Shown here one piece after another: positions 27,081-40,934 of a stretch of DNA of 64,000 bases. Source of the stretch: Lama guanicoe (lineage: Eukaryota); assembly GCA_013239625.1 (NCBI GenBank), contig MU054049.1, forward strand, positions 1,553,892 to 1,617,891. Reading direction: 5' to 3'. Under the pieces are notes generated by a model. It was given only the letters and a program-made list of their open reading frames with translations. It was not told the origin of the DNA and ran no database searches. Within the stretch, counting starts at the first letter, position 1. Each line of letters starts with the position of its first letter. The position numbers and the translations under genes are program-made.

Positions 27081-29006
27081 TATAAGACACATTTAAATAA
27101 ACAAAAATTAAAACTTCCCTTACCATGAAGTTCCTTATTGGTGCCTGAGAAACTTACATGGTTTCAGTGATTGCTGACCTTAAAATTACAACACTAAGAC
27201 CATCTCAAATTAGGGCCCCCAAATCCACAGCTCATGAGAGTTCAGAGGAAATGTACAATGAAGCCAATGATGCAAGGCTGGCTCACACAGAACTTTGTTT
27301 GACTATTCATCTGAATGTTTTTCTTTAGCACATAAACATAGAGAACTCCAAGTTCATCTAGCTTCAGAGGAGGACATATTATAAAATTGTGAGAAAATGT
27401 TACACAATTCACTTCGGCACATGGACGCGGAGGGGACCACGCTCCTCCGTGCACCTCTATTCCTGAAGAGCCCAGTTGTTTGGTTGATGTATAACTAACT
27501 GCATTCTGGGAAGCCACTTCCACCAACGCCATTTTAATAAAGAGATCTGGGCTATAGGCCAACGTGCCACACTATTTCATTATGGGAAAGAGGAGCGCTG
27601 CATTGATAGTTAATTGATTACAGCTGCTGCTCATTATTAGCCCTGACTTCACTCCTGGTAGGACTGTCACCACTTGAGAGAGCATGTTTTAATTTTTCGA
27701 TCAAAACTAGACTGCAGGGATGACTTTAGGTTTCCTAGGCCCAGCGTATTAGACGCCACACAAGTTTCATGGTGATAGGAAGGGAGGGGAAGAAAAGAGA
27801 TGGGAAATAAGAAAATCCCAGAAACCATTTAAGTAGAGAAAGACAGTGCTAGAAACTATTTGGGGCAGCTTGGGGCTAATTCTAGTTATCAAAACACAAA
27901 CAAAAAAAACAAAGTAGAGGTGGAGAGCCAAGCCAACCAAAGAGCTTATTAGGAACAGAAAAAAGCATTTTTTAAAACAGTAAACTAATGACATTTATAG
28001 TTAAGAAAACACTAATGCCCATTTTCATCTTTGATTTTTCCATTGGGATGGGATATTTTCACACAAAATTAACAAAAACAAAACTCAGAAGATTCAAAGA
28101 AAAAAATTCTTTACTCAATGGTTTACAGTTTGTATTTGGCTCTTGACTAAATATTTCTCTGCTGATGAACCAGAGTGCAGGACAGTAACTTTGTGCCCTG
28201 TCAAAGGGTCGCCCAGTCACATCTAGTGAGTGCCTGAGGTTTCTGTGACATACCCATCTCGTAAATATCTTGCTATTACTCATTAGATAAGCCTACTAGA
28301 ATCCAAAGAGTCCTTGATTATCTAGGTTCAAGATTAAATATCCTACATAACTTAATCCAGCATTATTTTTTACCAACACTTATTTCCATAAAGCCAATTT
28401 ACAGCTTAAATATGGAAAGGCCCACTATATTTCAAGATAAAGTATTTCAGTCCTATCATTCAGAACTAACACAGTTTTAAATGCTTATTCTTTCAGAATA
28501 GTAAAGCTTTCATAGTTTATTTAAATTCCTAAAGAGAATAAAGATTACAACCTAAAATTCGTTTTCTATCATTTTAGCCGGTTGCTTAGACACTGGCTTT
28601 AGAATTTACATAAAATTCTTAAGGACTGGGAGAGGAAGTAGACAACATAGTGAGCACACAAGTACATAACTTCATTTAAAAAAGAAAGCCCTATCTGCAA
28701 ATGCTAACATGCAAAATGATTACAAAAGAAATTCGGGAGAATGGCTTCTCCAAAGCTTCAACTTTCCCCATGAAGAGACTTTGTACTTACTGTAATGCTC
28801 ACCTGGTCCCCTGCCAGAACAAATATTTTAATGTAAAATTTAATAAATGGAACTAAAGGTATTATGTCTAATTTAAAATTCCATATTGTGTAAACTATTG
28901 ATATTAACATAATTGAGTTTGTAAACAATCCATTTGCAGACGCTAACCTTAGACACTGTATTGACCCAAAATATCTAGTGGGGCTCATCTGCAAAATGAA
29001 GCATCA

Positions 29007-29468
<462 letters not shown>

Positions 29469-30889
29469 TCATTTGGCGAGGTTCTAGCACCAGTCAGAGA
29501 AGCATGCCGGATGTGTGTTTTACATGAGTATTATATTTATAAGGTCATACATTTTTGATTACCTAGGCATAAAATCACAAATTTTTCTTTACAGAAACGT
29601 TAACACATTTCTAATTAAACTGATAGATGGGGTAATTAGAGACTATTTCATTTCTTTTCCAACATTAGAAATAGCCTGGTAAACAAGCATAAACTTATTA
29701 TCTTTTATTCAATACTTCTATGGAAAAAAAACCTCAAATACTTTCAGTTATGTAAAGTTTCAATAATTTTTCTATGAAAAGAGGCATTAACATTTGCTTT
29801 TGCAATGTGAACAGCATCAAAAGGCAGGACAGAGAACACCAATTTACAGCATATACTGTTGAGGAGTCACTTGGTAATCATATTATCTTTTTATGGGAAA
29901 AATTAAATTAAATTTTAGGACCATAAACAAGTCTGAATAATAGGACTGCTCACAAAATTAGTACGTAACAGACGATTCTGTCATATTACTAGCAGATCCA
30001 AGAAAAAAAAAACAGTTTAAAGACTCAACAATACAAAAGGTCTTTTAAAATTTTAAAGCAGAACTTGATTCAAGGACTTTATCATAGAAACAAAAAGGTC
30101 AGAGCTATTAAAATTTTAAATAGGGAGTACAGGTCAAAGAGAAATAATATATTCCCCTCTTAAAAAAAAAGGAGTTGGCAGTTGCCTTTCTCCATCGATG
30201 GTATATTTAATTCAATAATCTAAAAATGAAGTTAAAAAGGAATAAAGCAAAATGTATTTTTGAGAGTGAAAGAAAGATTTAACATCATGTAATGATATGA
30301 AGATATGTACCAAGTTATATAAAAAAAAACTAAAGCAAAAAATACTTAAAAGACAGTGAAAGAAAGCTGAAGGGTTCTACCCCCTCCTCCAAAAAAAACA
30401 CCAAGGCTAATGAGCTGCCCACCTTAAAAGACAGTGGTGGTGGTTTTGTTGTTTTACTGCCCAGATGTTTACTCTCTGGACCGTGGTATAACTAAAATCT
30501 TGTGGATTTCAGTCCTTGTTAAATCAGTTTTATTCACACTCCTCTTAGTAAATACGTCATAATTAACTTTCCCTCAGTATTTTGCAAATCAGTTCCAAAA
30601 GTCTGATTCTAGCTGCTGCCGTTACCTATCACATAAGGAAAACTCTGAATGAGAATTCTGCTGCTTAAGTTTGCTAATTATAATAGACACAGTGACTATG
30701 CATCCTGGAGGAGATGTAAAATCAAAACAGTGAAGTCTAGTATGGATAAAAGATCACTTAATTTGGGATGAAGGACAAGTTCTATGAACACACGCTATGA
30801 ATCAGAGAATAAAGGCTACCAATCACTTCAGGGGCCTCCAATTGGGGAGGCACCAGGTGGTTCGGATACAACCTGCCCACATAATGAGG

Positions 30890-31025
30890 ATCAGCCCATT
30901 TCATAGTTAGGAAATGAAGGCACAGAGAGGTTAAGTTATGTGTAAAAGGTCACACTGCTAGCACAAAATATGAGCAAGCTAGAACTGAAATCCAGAACCT
31001 CTGATTCCAAAGTGCTTCCACTTAG
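30890..31025 (-). mobile_element. MIR SINE
   Basis: CCCATTTCATAG...GGCACAGAGAGGTTAAGT...AGGTCACACTGCTAG...TCTGATTCCAAAG. Confidence 0.7.
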
Positions 31026-31039
31026 GAGATAATCTTGAC

Positions 31040-31255
31040 CGGTAGTTCTCAATCAGGAATTGAGGAGTTGAGGGGAGGGGGGCATTTGGCACAACCTAGA
31101 GACATTTTTGGTCGTTACAACTGGGAAAGTACAACTGTTTTCTAGTGGGTAGAGGCCAGAGATGCTGTTCAACATCCTACAATGCACATAATGGTCCCTA
31201 CAACGAAGAATTATTCAGCCCTAAATGTCAGTTGTGTTGAGGACGAAAAATTCTG
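31040..31255 (+). mobile_element. MER20 (hAT-Charlie)
   Basis: GTTCTCAA...GGAGACATTTTTGGT-like...CTAGTGGGTAGAGGCCAGAGATGCTG...AAATGTCAG; matches the MER20 consensus as recalled. Confidence 0.8.
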
Positions 31256-34124
31256 ATCTAAGAATAAAAGCTGGTTGTGAACTAGTTACACTGGACTGAT
31301 CTCAGCCATGGAAAAAGATATAGTCCAAAAAGCTCTCCAAAAAACTGATGTGAGTTCAGGATCACTGAATTCTAATCAATCAATCTCCTTTCATTGAGGT
31401 GCAGAACAACTTTGGGACCAGCTCCTCTGGGCAGTAGGGGCCAAACTCTCCCGGTGATCATTCCAGTGTTTTACCACTACACCACACTGCCTCCACCCAA
31501 CACAGACCAAGACCTCTTTCTGTCTGGGGCCAGCCAACTTGAAGCGGGAAGAATCTAGAGAGTAGCAATCGAGAAACCAGAAAAGGAATAAAAAACGGTG
31601 ACCCACATAGTATCCCAGAGGGAGTCAGGAATGAGAGGCAGAGACAGTGTGCCAGGTGTTTCCTCACTGACAAATGTAAATTCCAAGGGTGTTCAAACAG
31701 TGTGTGATTGTGTGTTGCAAGAAGATGATTAGCACTAAAGAAATGACTTAGCTCCTGGGCAGCCCTGTAAGTCACATCACTACATGGAAATCCCCAACCA
31801 CGACTGGGGACGTGGTACAAAGATGCAAAGAGTGGCTCTTTCTTTCCACAAAGGCCCTCGGGCTGCTCCAGCACACGGGCTTGCAGGCACAGCCGCTGTT
31901 AGAAGAGTTAGGGAGTGAGCCTGGGTTCTGGTTTCAGCAGGACCAGTAACTGACTCAGGTTTTGTTGCTTTAATTTCCTAATAAGAGACATTCTAAAACA
32001 TTACATACTTTAAATGAAAGCAGGCTACAGAATTTAGTTTTCAGAACCTTTGAAAACATATAAAAATTACTCTTTAGGGAATGTTAAAGATTTTTACAAA
32101 CTATTGTAAAACGAAAGTAAAGAAACTGCTTCCCTCACGAGACTGAAGCATCACAAAATAGCCACAGAAAATTGGTGTATTTCAGCACTGTCACATTAAC
32201 CCAAGATTGCATTTACTAGCATGGCTAAAAGCAAGGTCAAAAGACTGAATTTTGTCATCTGACTGCCAAATCACACCATCAAATACACTTGCTGGGCAGA
32301 CGTTCAAAACAGAATTTTAAAAGTTAACCATGATCTTGCAGAAAATAGCACTTAAATAGATAACTGTGCCTGCTGACTCCCTTGTGTACAAATATACCTT
32401 GTTAATTTAATTCCACAGAGTGCGGTAAATACAGTAAAAATATATCTACAGCTTAAAATTAAATTGGCCTGGCTAAAACTTAATCATGAAAGAAAAATGG
32501 AGACTCTACCAATCCCATTACTTTTTTTTTTCATATAGCAGAAGAAATAGAAGTTTCATAACATTTATGAAATAGTTAAAGTCCTGATTTTGAGAGATGA
32601 AACAAAATACTTTCCAGGAATACGCAATTAAGACAAATTTACAAAAAAACTCATGTGTTTACATTAACTACAATAGGGTTAATAGTCCACACACTGAATC
32701 CTATATACTCTTAGTAAAGCAAAGTTTGGTTCTAGTAACTGAAATTTCCTTGCTAGAAAAATCTCACATTTATACAAAAATGAACATTAAACTTGATTCT
32801 TGAGGATATTTGTCAAATCACTTAATACACATGCAGAAGTATCCTGTCCTTGTTAAATCAGTTTACTCTATAATTGGGGCATTCCTTTTGCTATTACAGC
32901 ACTAATGCCATGTGTCCTGTTCCTTAATAAGCAATCACTTTAGAGAAGATGAAAACAGTTGCCAATACCATATTATCTTTATTTACCTTTCCATAGTTCA
33001 TTTTCATTTGGGAGAAGCAATCAACAGAGTGGCCACCTCTCTGGCTCTAAAATATCTACAAAAATTCCTAGAAAGATTCAGATTCGAATTTCTCTATAGT
33101 TTTTCTGTCTAGTTGTGGCACCCCAGCTGAGACACTTTACATCTTTAGGATTCAGCTTTCCTATATGTTTAATGAGATAAAATAAGTATTCCCTTTGTCC
33201 CCTCCACCCCCAAGAGAAAAATTAAAATGATAATAAAAGCTCTTTGAGAGGAAATTTAAAAAGCATGCCTGCACAAGTTCAGGGCAGGGCTGACAGCTGA
33301 ATCTATGAAGGAGAGCAAACATAACGGTCTTGAAGAAAGAAGTTTGCATCCTGCACCCAACTACCAAGTGATGACACAAGAAACAGAAAGAAGCTAGTTA
33401 ATGGTTTGACTTCCTATATGCATCAAAGAAACCTTCCTAAAGTACCTTGTTAAGTAAACCCCAGGAGTGATGAGGTTGAATACGGGGCTCAGTATTTACA
33501 TTCATCAAGGGAGACTCTCCCGGGCCTTGCAGGCTAGAGGCATGCATGTACCACGCAGCATCCAGTTATCTGCTACCCTGGGCCACTTCACATGCGAAAC
33601 ACAGTCACTTTCAAATAGCAACTTAATCCTATAGGTGTTTGCCTATATCTTCTCTTTTGATACCAGAATAGCAACTACATGAAGTATTTAGAAGCACGTA
33701 TGGTTGGCTCAAAAGTATTATACCCTGAAGTACAATAGAAGACGCTCAGAAAATAATCTCTACACAGTTTCTTCTTTCAACCTAGAAGTAAAAACCCTCA
33801 CCGAAATTGATTTTAACAGGCAACTCTTCTTAATTAATCTGATTTAAGAAATTAGAGGTCTGGCCCCTTAAAATTGCTAAGAATAAAAAATAACTCGATG
33901 TAGATGGCTTTTAAATGTGTTGCTTTTAGTCTGCTGAGACAGGTCCACACAGATTCATCAGTTTACAAACATACCCAATGTGCACTCTGGTCAATTTATT
34001 ATCATCTCATTTTAATGAACAGCATGTGGCTAAAATTTCATCTGACAGTATCTATATTAGCAATAAACTGCTGCAAGTACCGTAAAGGCCCACAGGTAAT
34101 GACTATGTAATTCCTAAAATACTA

Positions 34125-34337
<213 letters not shown>

Positions 34338-35066
34338 TTACTTTGTTTCCAAACCAGATTAAAATAGAGAGTTCTCAGTAACGCGCAGGAAAAAACAGAC
34401 AAATTAGCATGGTCTTTTAGCCTTCTGCTGCCATCAGATTACCTAAAACACTGATATTCAAAGAAGAAAAAAAAACCCAATTGATTCTCTTTTCCCTCCT
34501 TTTCAATTCAATTCTCATTTGAATGATTATAGCTGCTCTAGAAATATTTCTATAAGGTCTCATTTCATTATCAAAACTACTTGCTCCTCTCCTGGCATAC
34601 CCTAAGGGAAAATCTCTCTGCTAGTTCCTAAGATATATGAACTTAATTCCAGAAAAGATTCAGTGAAAATTTCAATATAACTAAATTTATAGATGCTAAA
34701 TGTTGCATCTCCAAAATGACAATGTAAGAAAAAATAGATTTTATTTATAATTACTATTCCTGTGCTAAAGATGTGACAGTCATAGCATAAAACAGCACAG
34801 GATCTTGAACATAAAGCAAATTTTGGCCCCAAATTACTATATATCAGGTTCACATATTGATTACTTAATTGGGGGAGGCAGCAGTAACATGAAAGGACTG
34901 ATAATTACACCATTGAGAAAAAAATGTGTTCACTAAAAATCTAAGTTGTAAATTTAGTAATACGATGCTTTTCAGATACCAAGTAAGCTGAATATTTGTA
35001 TTTCAGAAGACACTATTTATGTGTAACAGAAAAAATGTCTAAAGATCTGAAAGTCTTGGCGATACA

Positions 35067-35225
35067 CCAAGGCTGCTGGGCAGGTGCACTAATTTTGCAC
35101 CCATATACCTATAATGGACACTGGTGTCACGAGTGAAAGCCAAGGCTGCTGGGCAGGTGCAGCCATTTAGCCAGACTAATTTTGCACCCATATACCTATA
35201 ATGGACACTGGTGTCACGAGTGAAA
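35067..35225 (+). repeat. Near-perfect tandem duplication (72 bp + 86 bp)
   Basis: CCAAGGCTGCTGGGCAGGTGCA...CTAATTTTGCACCCATATACCTATAATGGACACTGGTGTCACGAGTGAAA at 35067-35138 and 35140-35225; copy 2 has 14 extra nt. Confidence 0.95.
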
Positions 35226-36077
35226 AAAAAAAGCCAACAGCCTCACATTCTAGTCATTTCCAAACTAGAAGGATGGCTTTTTCCAGTATGCATGCAACTG
35301 ACACTGTGAATTTCACAGAATTGTGGAAATGAAATAAACCAATAACACAGAAAAATGCCTTCAAAGTAAAAAGCTCATAGGAATGGAGTGAGAACAGAAA
35401 CATAGATAAGAAGGCATTCATCTGCCACTGACTATGCCCAAATTAGAGAGAAGGGGTAAGGGAAGGTAAAGGAGACATTGGAACAGTAGGACTGCACACA
35501 CCGCCCGGCTGGAAGAACGGCATGTTTTCCAGTACCAGTTACCAAACCAGCACAGAGGCCAAACACAAGAGCAACAGGCAACCCCATGCAGGGAGCTGCT
35601 GGAGGACCTTAAAGCATGTCCTCTGAGGAATTGTTGCCTTGTTGAAAATTTCAACTCATCAAAGTAACGAAAGGAAGGGCGAGCTGAGGTTTAATGGTGA
35701 TCAACAGGGAAGAACTAGTTGGTGATCTGGAATTGCTTCGCAGGGTACTAAGAGAACCTACAGACAAGCACTGTTGGTGATCTGCAGAGAACAGCTGATG
35801 GAAAAGGCAGTATATGACCAAATCTGAGGAAACAGCTATCATAGAACTGTTAAGTTTTAATATGTGACAGTCTTTTTATGTAAAAAAATTTAACAGCCTT
35901 TTTTTTTCTTAACTTCTAAAGGCAATCTCTTCCTCTCTCTTATTTGTATTTTTCTTCATTAAAAATCATCTCCATGCAATTGATGAAATGAAGTACCTTT
36001 AAGTGGCTGTAACAATGTATACCACTCTTCTGGGTTTCACATTATCTACAAATTTAGGTAAATGCAATGGTGTACCG

Positions 36078-36328
36078 TAACGGTTCTCAACCTCAAAAAA
36101 GGGGCAATCTGGCCATCCTCCGCAGGCGATGCCCACCCAGGGTAATTTGACAATGTCTGGAGATACATCTGGGTGTTACAACTGCTGCGGGGAGAGAAGA
36201 CAAACTCCTAGCATCTAGCAGGTGAAGGCCGGGATGCTGCTAAACATTCTACGAAGTACAAGGCAGTCCTCTACAACAAAATGTTGCCTGGTCTCAAATG
36301 TCAACAGTGTCAAGGCTGAGAAACCCTG
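36078..36328 (+). mobile_element. MER20 (hAT-Charlie)
   Basis: GGTTCTCAACC...CAATGTCTGGAGA...GGGATGCTGCTAAACATTCTAC...AAATGTCAACAGTGTCAAGGCTGAGAAACCCTG. Confidence 0.82.
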
Positions 36329-37479
36329 GTACACAGGTATCCCCTAACATTGGAACTTAGGAGCCAAAATGATGTCTATATCTGAATTCTGCTGCTCACT
36401 ATCTGAAATTTAGCAAGCAAGCAATTTCAGATAAGGAGATCATCCTCAGTAATCAAATTCTTACCAGAGCTCGGAACCAAATATCTTCATAATAAAGGAT
36501 ATTCGTTTTTAGTAAATTTGTGGAAAAATCACAAAAATCACACAAAAAACCTAGCCACTTGAAAATACTTCATTTTGCAACTACTCAAAAATAGTATTAC
36601 AGGAAGAAAAAGAAAAAACACCAGAAGATGCTGGCTTTAGAAGTTTGGCACAACAAGATCATTAAATATTATACATAAAAGAGTATCTATCACACATTAA
36701 ACTTCATTGATAAATGATGGCTATTTCCTTAGACTTAGCCAGTTAGTCTTTGTGGCTGTTAAATTTCCCATGCATCACTCTGCTTCACCAGGGTTTCAGC
36801 TTCCCCTTTTCCCCTCCTCTCTCCTAAAATATACAGGCATCATGTCACCACAGAACACACAGCACCTAGGAAACCACATAAGCCACTACAGAGATGATTG
36901 CATCCCAGTGCCTTCCGCTTCGTAAAGAAAGATGAAAAGAGACAACGTTTATTCCGTCTGGCTAACGGATGACTAAAGGTGGTGGGGAAAAATCATTATT
37001 GCCTACAAGTATTGGTATCATTGTAAAGACAAATCGCCCCAGTAGAATCATATACACATATTAAAGACAGAGACGATCAGAGCTATAAAACCACATGCGC
37101 GTGTGGCTCAGGCTAAGAGATTCTCCTGTTATATAAAGCAGTAACTCCTCACGTGGCTTATAGCCAAAAGAGACCCCACCGTCCAACCGGCGCCCACTGA
37201 AGCAGGCCGCACCAAGTGCTGGTCGACAAGAAGTACGAGGGGGCATAGTGGGGGGTGAGGGCGGGTCTGGGGTCGGGAGGAGTGCCAGATTCACCTGCAT
37301 TCTGAAACAGATGCCTTTCCCATCCGAGATGCCACCAGGGCCTTAAAGTTGCCATTTACCGTGCTTAACTCGCTGGTCTTACAGCCTGGTGGGCTGAGTG
37401 ATCAGTCTGGCCAGCAGGTGTAAAGGGGGATTCTGGGCTATAAATAAAGCAAGTTTGACATATGCAATGAGCAGAGGCC

Positions 37480-37700
37480 CAAACTCAGACTCTGGTCTAG
37501 AATCAAATCCTTACTGCCACGTGTCAGCACTCCAGCCCTCAGCAAGTAACTTAACCTCTTCAGCATCTAAGTTTCCACGACTCTGAGACGGGGACAGTGG
37601 CTCTGACTTCACTGGACGTGGGGAGGGTTAAATGAGGGGCCACGTGTAAAGCACTTAGCACGAGGCTAGAATACAGTAAGTGCTTAATGAATTAATATAC
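37480..37700 (+). mobile_element. MIR SINE
   Basis: TCAAATCCTTACTGCCAC...GCAAGTAACTTAACCTCTT...GTTAAATGAG...GTAAAGCACTTAGCAC...CAGTAAGTGCTTAATGAAT. Confidence 0.8.
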
Positions 37701-38300
37701 TACTACATATAGTCATATCTATGCACTGAAATCTTCACACAACCCTGAGAGAACCATTACTATGCTCACTTACACAGGAAGAAATGGAGGCAACATACCG
37801 TCCAATCTGCACGTGGTAACGCAACACACCACATATGCCTGACGGAACCCCTGAACATGTCCATTCGAACAGAACTATGATAGTCTGCCAAGCGGAAGTC
37901 AGTAAAATTATTATGAATATTATGATCACCATGAATAAAGACACCTAGACATCGGAAAGTATCAGCTAGAATATCTCGATTTTAAACTTCTGTAACAGAT
38001 TTGTAAACAGTAAATTGTCATGAAGTATGCTCGCCTTTTATTCTACAGTAACAAAAAGATAGATACAGAATGACCTAAAATTAGTTGAGGGCAGGTCAAA
38101 ATTAAGACCTGGACCCAAGTGACCTGAAATCTTAAAAATTAGAAACAGCCGCAAAATGTCTAGAGTCTGTTATTTCAACAAACAAGCTACATAACCGATT
38201 TTAAAAGTGGAAGGGAGCAGTAAAGAGTCCAATATTTACATTTTTTGGAAAAGAAGTACCTTTTTCATGTGTTTTATCCTCTTGTTTTAAAAGAGCCATG

Positions 38301-39971
38301 CATGTAATAGTCACAGCTGCAGCCACATAAAACCAGGCGGGCATGGCGTTCACTGGCAGGGTTTCCAGCTCCTCACACAACTGCCATAGTCAGCCCGCTG
38401 GTGGCTCCACTGGCAGCCACTTAGAAGAGAATCCAGTAATAAACATAAACTGACAATTCCAATCAGATGCAGGCAGAGAAAATGCTCCCTGGCCTCGCCA
38501 CATTCACGCAGGAATGAGAACCTGGCCCAGGCTGCGGGGCCTGGGGCTGATTCTGCAATAATGATCCGTCAGAAGCAACTCAGACCCAGGGCCAGACTGC
38601 TAGCAACACTGTACAGCACAACCAGTGGAGCTGCCCCAGGAACATGTCCTTCAGTTGCCATGCCTTTGTCAATAGAACCCTAAGAATACGCCTGAGAGGT
38701 TGATTTATTTTCAAAGGAGAATTTCCAGCATTCCAAGGATGCCCAAAATGCCTGTGCAGGAAAACACAGCACACCTAGCTGCCGTTATGAGATGCCTCAC
38801 AGCCTCCTCATCTCTGCGCATCTGTGTGCCCTGTGCTGGCCCCGACCTCCCTCCCCCAACACACACATCCACACGCCTGTGGACCCTTCAGACCTCCACT
38901 TGAGTAGCATCTCCGGAAGCAGCATCCCTCGCTGGCCAGCGGGTTAGGCGTCCTGTCCTCCAGGTGCCTCCCCAGGAGCACACCTGACGTCTCTACCAGA
39001 ACGCTGGCACCTACTCAAGTGTTAGCATCTTCTAAAATCCGTATCTGTCTCCCCCGTTAGACCAGGAGCCACTTCAGGTCAGAGACAGTCTTAGCCCTTT
39101 TCACATCTTTAGATACTTACATGTCGGCTTCACCAGATGCTTGATAAATGCTGAAGAAAGAAATGAAGGAGGCTCAGAATTGGGCCAGGGATATGGAAGA
39201 CACCAGCGACAGAGAAGCATGGCTTAAAAATGGTCAAAGTGGGTCACTCAGAAATGGGTTCAAGAAACACTCTGTTTCATCTTCTTTACAGCCTACCTCC
39301 TTCTGCGCTTCCCACCCCTTCCACACGGTGACTTCAGAGCACTTCTCAGAGCTACAGCCACTGCATAAGCATGGCTGGGGTCTGCTGCAAGGAATGAGGC
39401 ATGGCAAAAGGCGACTGCAAAGTCAGAGCAATTTTTAATTTAGAAATTTCTAAGGAGAGAAAAAGAGGAGAGGAGGGTAAGCGCATTACAATGAATGGCA
39501 AAAATTTTGTTAAGTTATTTTCAAAGCCTGACTTCTGTTTCGGGGGTTTCCCAGCGGATTGACTCTTCAGGGAGACTGTCTTTGCACACAAGCTGATGGG
39601 AAGAAATCGAGAGTCCTGAGTTTGGGTCCAAGCTTCCCGAGGACCAGGTGGGAAAGGCTGGGCAAAAGATTCAAGCTTTTATGAAAGAATTCATCTTCTA
39701 GCAGGGGAAAGAAGACGTTTAACTGGCCCAAAACCGTACTGACATGACTAGAAAGGAAATAATGTTTCTGGTGTTCCCTCTTTCATCCTTTTCTTTAATC
39801 CATACATGTTAATAGTCACAGCTGCAACCAAATAAAACGAAGTGAGTGCGTTACTCACTGGGAGGTTTTCTTACTCCTACAGTCCCTCACACTCTAGTGG
39901 CAGCTGCTAGAGAGGAACTCAGCAAGAAAGTTAAGATATCCACCGGGAAGAGAAAACCAGATGCAGGCAGA
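38301..39971. repeat. Diverged direct repeat pair, ~175 bp (38301-38477 and 39805-39971)
   Basis: Both copies contain the exact 17-mer TAATAGTCACAGCTGCA and 14-mer CAGATGCAGGCAGA at equivalent positions, with colinear similarity between them. Confidence 0.85.
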
Positions 39972-40934
39972 AAACTACATCACAGGTCTATAACTAGCAA
40001 GGGGAGGTCCGAACTTTAGAAACTTCACTTAACATCATTGCATCTGTCTCCTCAACCACAAAATGAGCCAAAAAATAGGTTCCTACAGGACCCGATGAGA
40101 TAATATATGTACTATGCCCTTTGTAAACTTTTCTTTTTAATACGTACGTGTTGGATACTATCTTGTAATTACTGGCAGGGGGTTACACAAAAAAGTAAAA
40201 TTGAGAAACTGTAGTTAATTACAGGTTAAATGTGAATACAAAGTAACAAACGTCAAAACCCCTAATGCAACCTTGGGCAGACAGCAGTTAAGTGCAGCCC
40301 CCAGGTCCAGGAGGCCGTCATGCTACTGCACCTGCACTAGCAGTCAAGATCACCCTAGAACACTCTGGACACCACACCCTACACACCTAGCACGGCAAGA
40401 AGTGTGGAAGTCAAGCCTTATAAAGTACAACAGAAGAATCTGGAACACTGACCTTAGAATAGAGAGAAATGGAAGGAACCAGAGCGTAATCTTCATCCAC
40501 CCACGCTCGGCACCTGTCTGTGTGTGCTGGCTGTGAGGTCGGAAGAAAGTCCCCTGGGCAGATGTCTAGTGCTCCCTAGTGCATTCAGAGGAGAAATACA
40601 TTTTTATTCTCTCCAATTATTGATACTGTCCTTACAGTCACATAGCTATTGTATCACTAAATGGACTTTAATCATATCACTAATTTAATCATATTAATAA
40701 AAAACATATGAAAGGGAAGAAAAGCCTAACATCAACGGAACTAAGTTTATGACAGCTAATGAGTTGGCTGTGTCTGTTAATATCAGTCGTTAAAGTGCTT
40801 TCTGCCTTGGGAAGAGGTCACCTTTCCATAGATATCACTGGTTATGTAAGCTCTTCTCCTCACAGACCCTCTTACTGGCTTGACGGAATCCCTGCAGTAG
40901 ATGTTGTGCCTGGTGGGATGTGAATAACAAGACT

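Noticed and set aside
35067..35225. Repeat-spacer-like pattern (CRISPR-like)
   Set aside because: Only two copies, no unique spacers, and in a mammalian intron; this is a simple tandem duplication.
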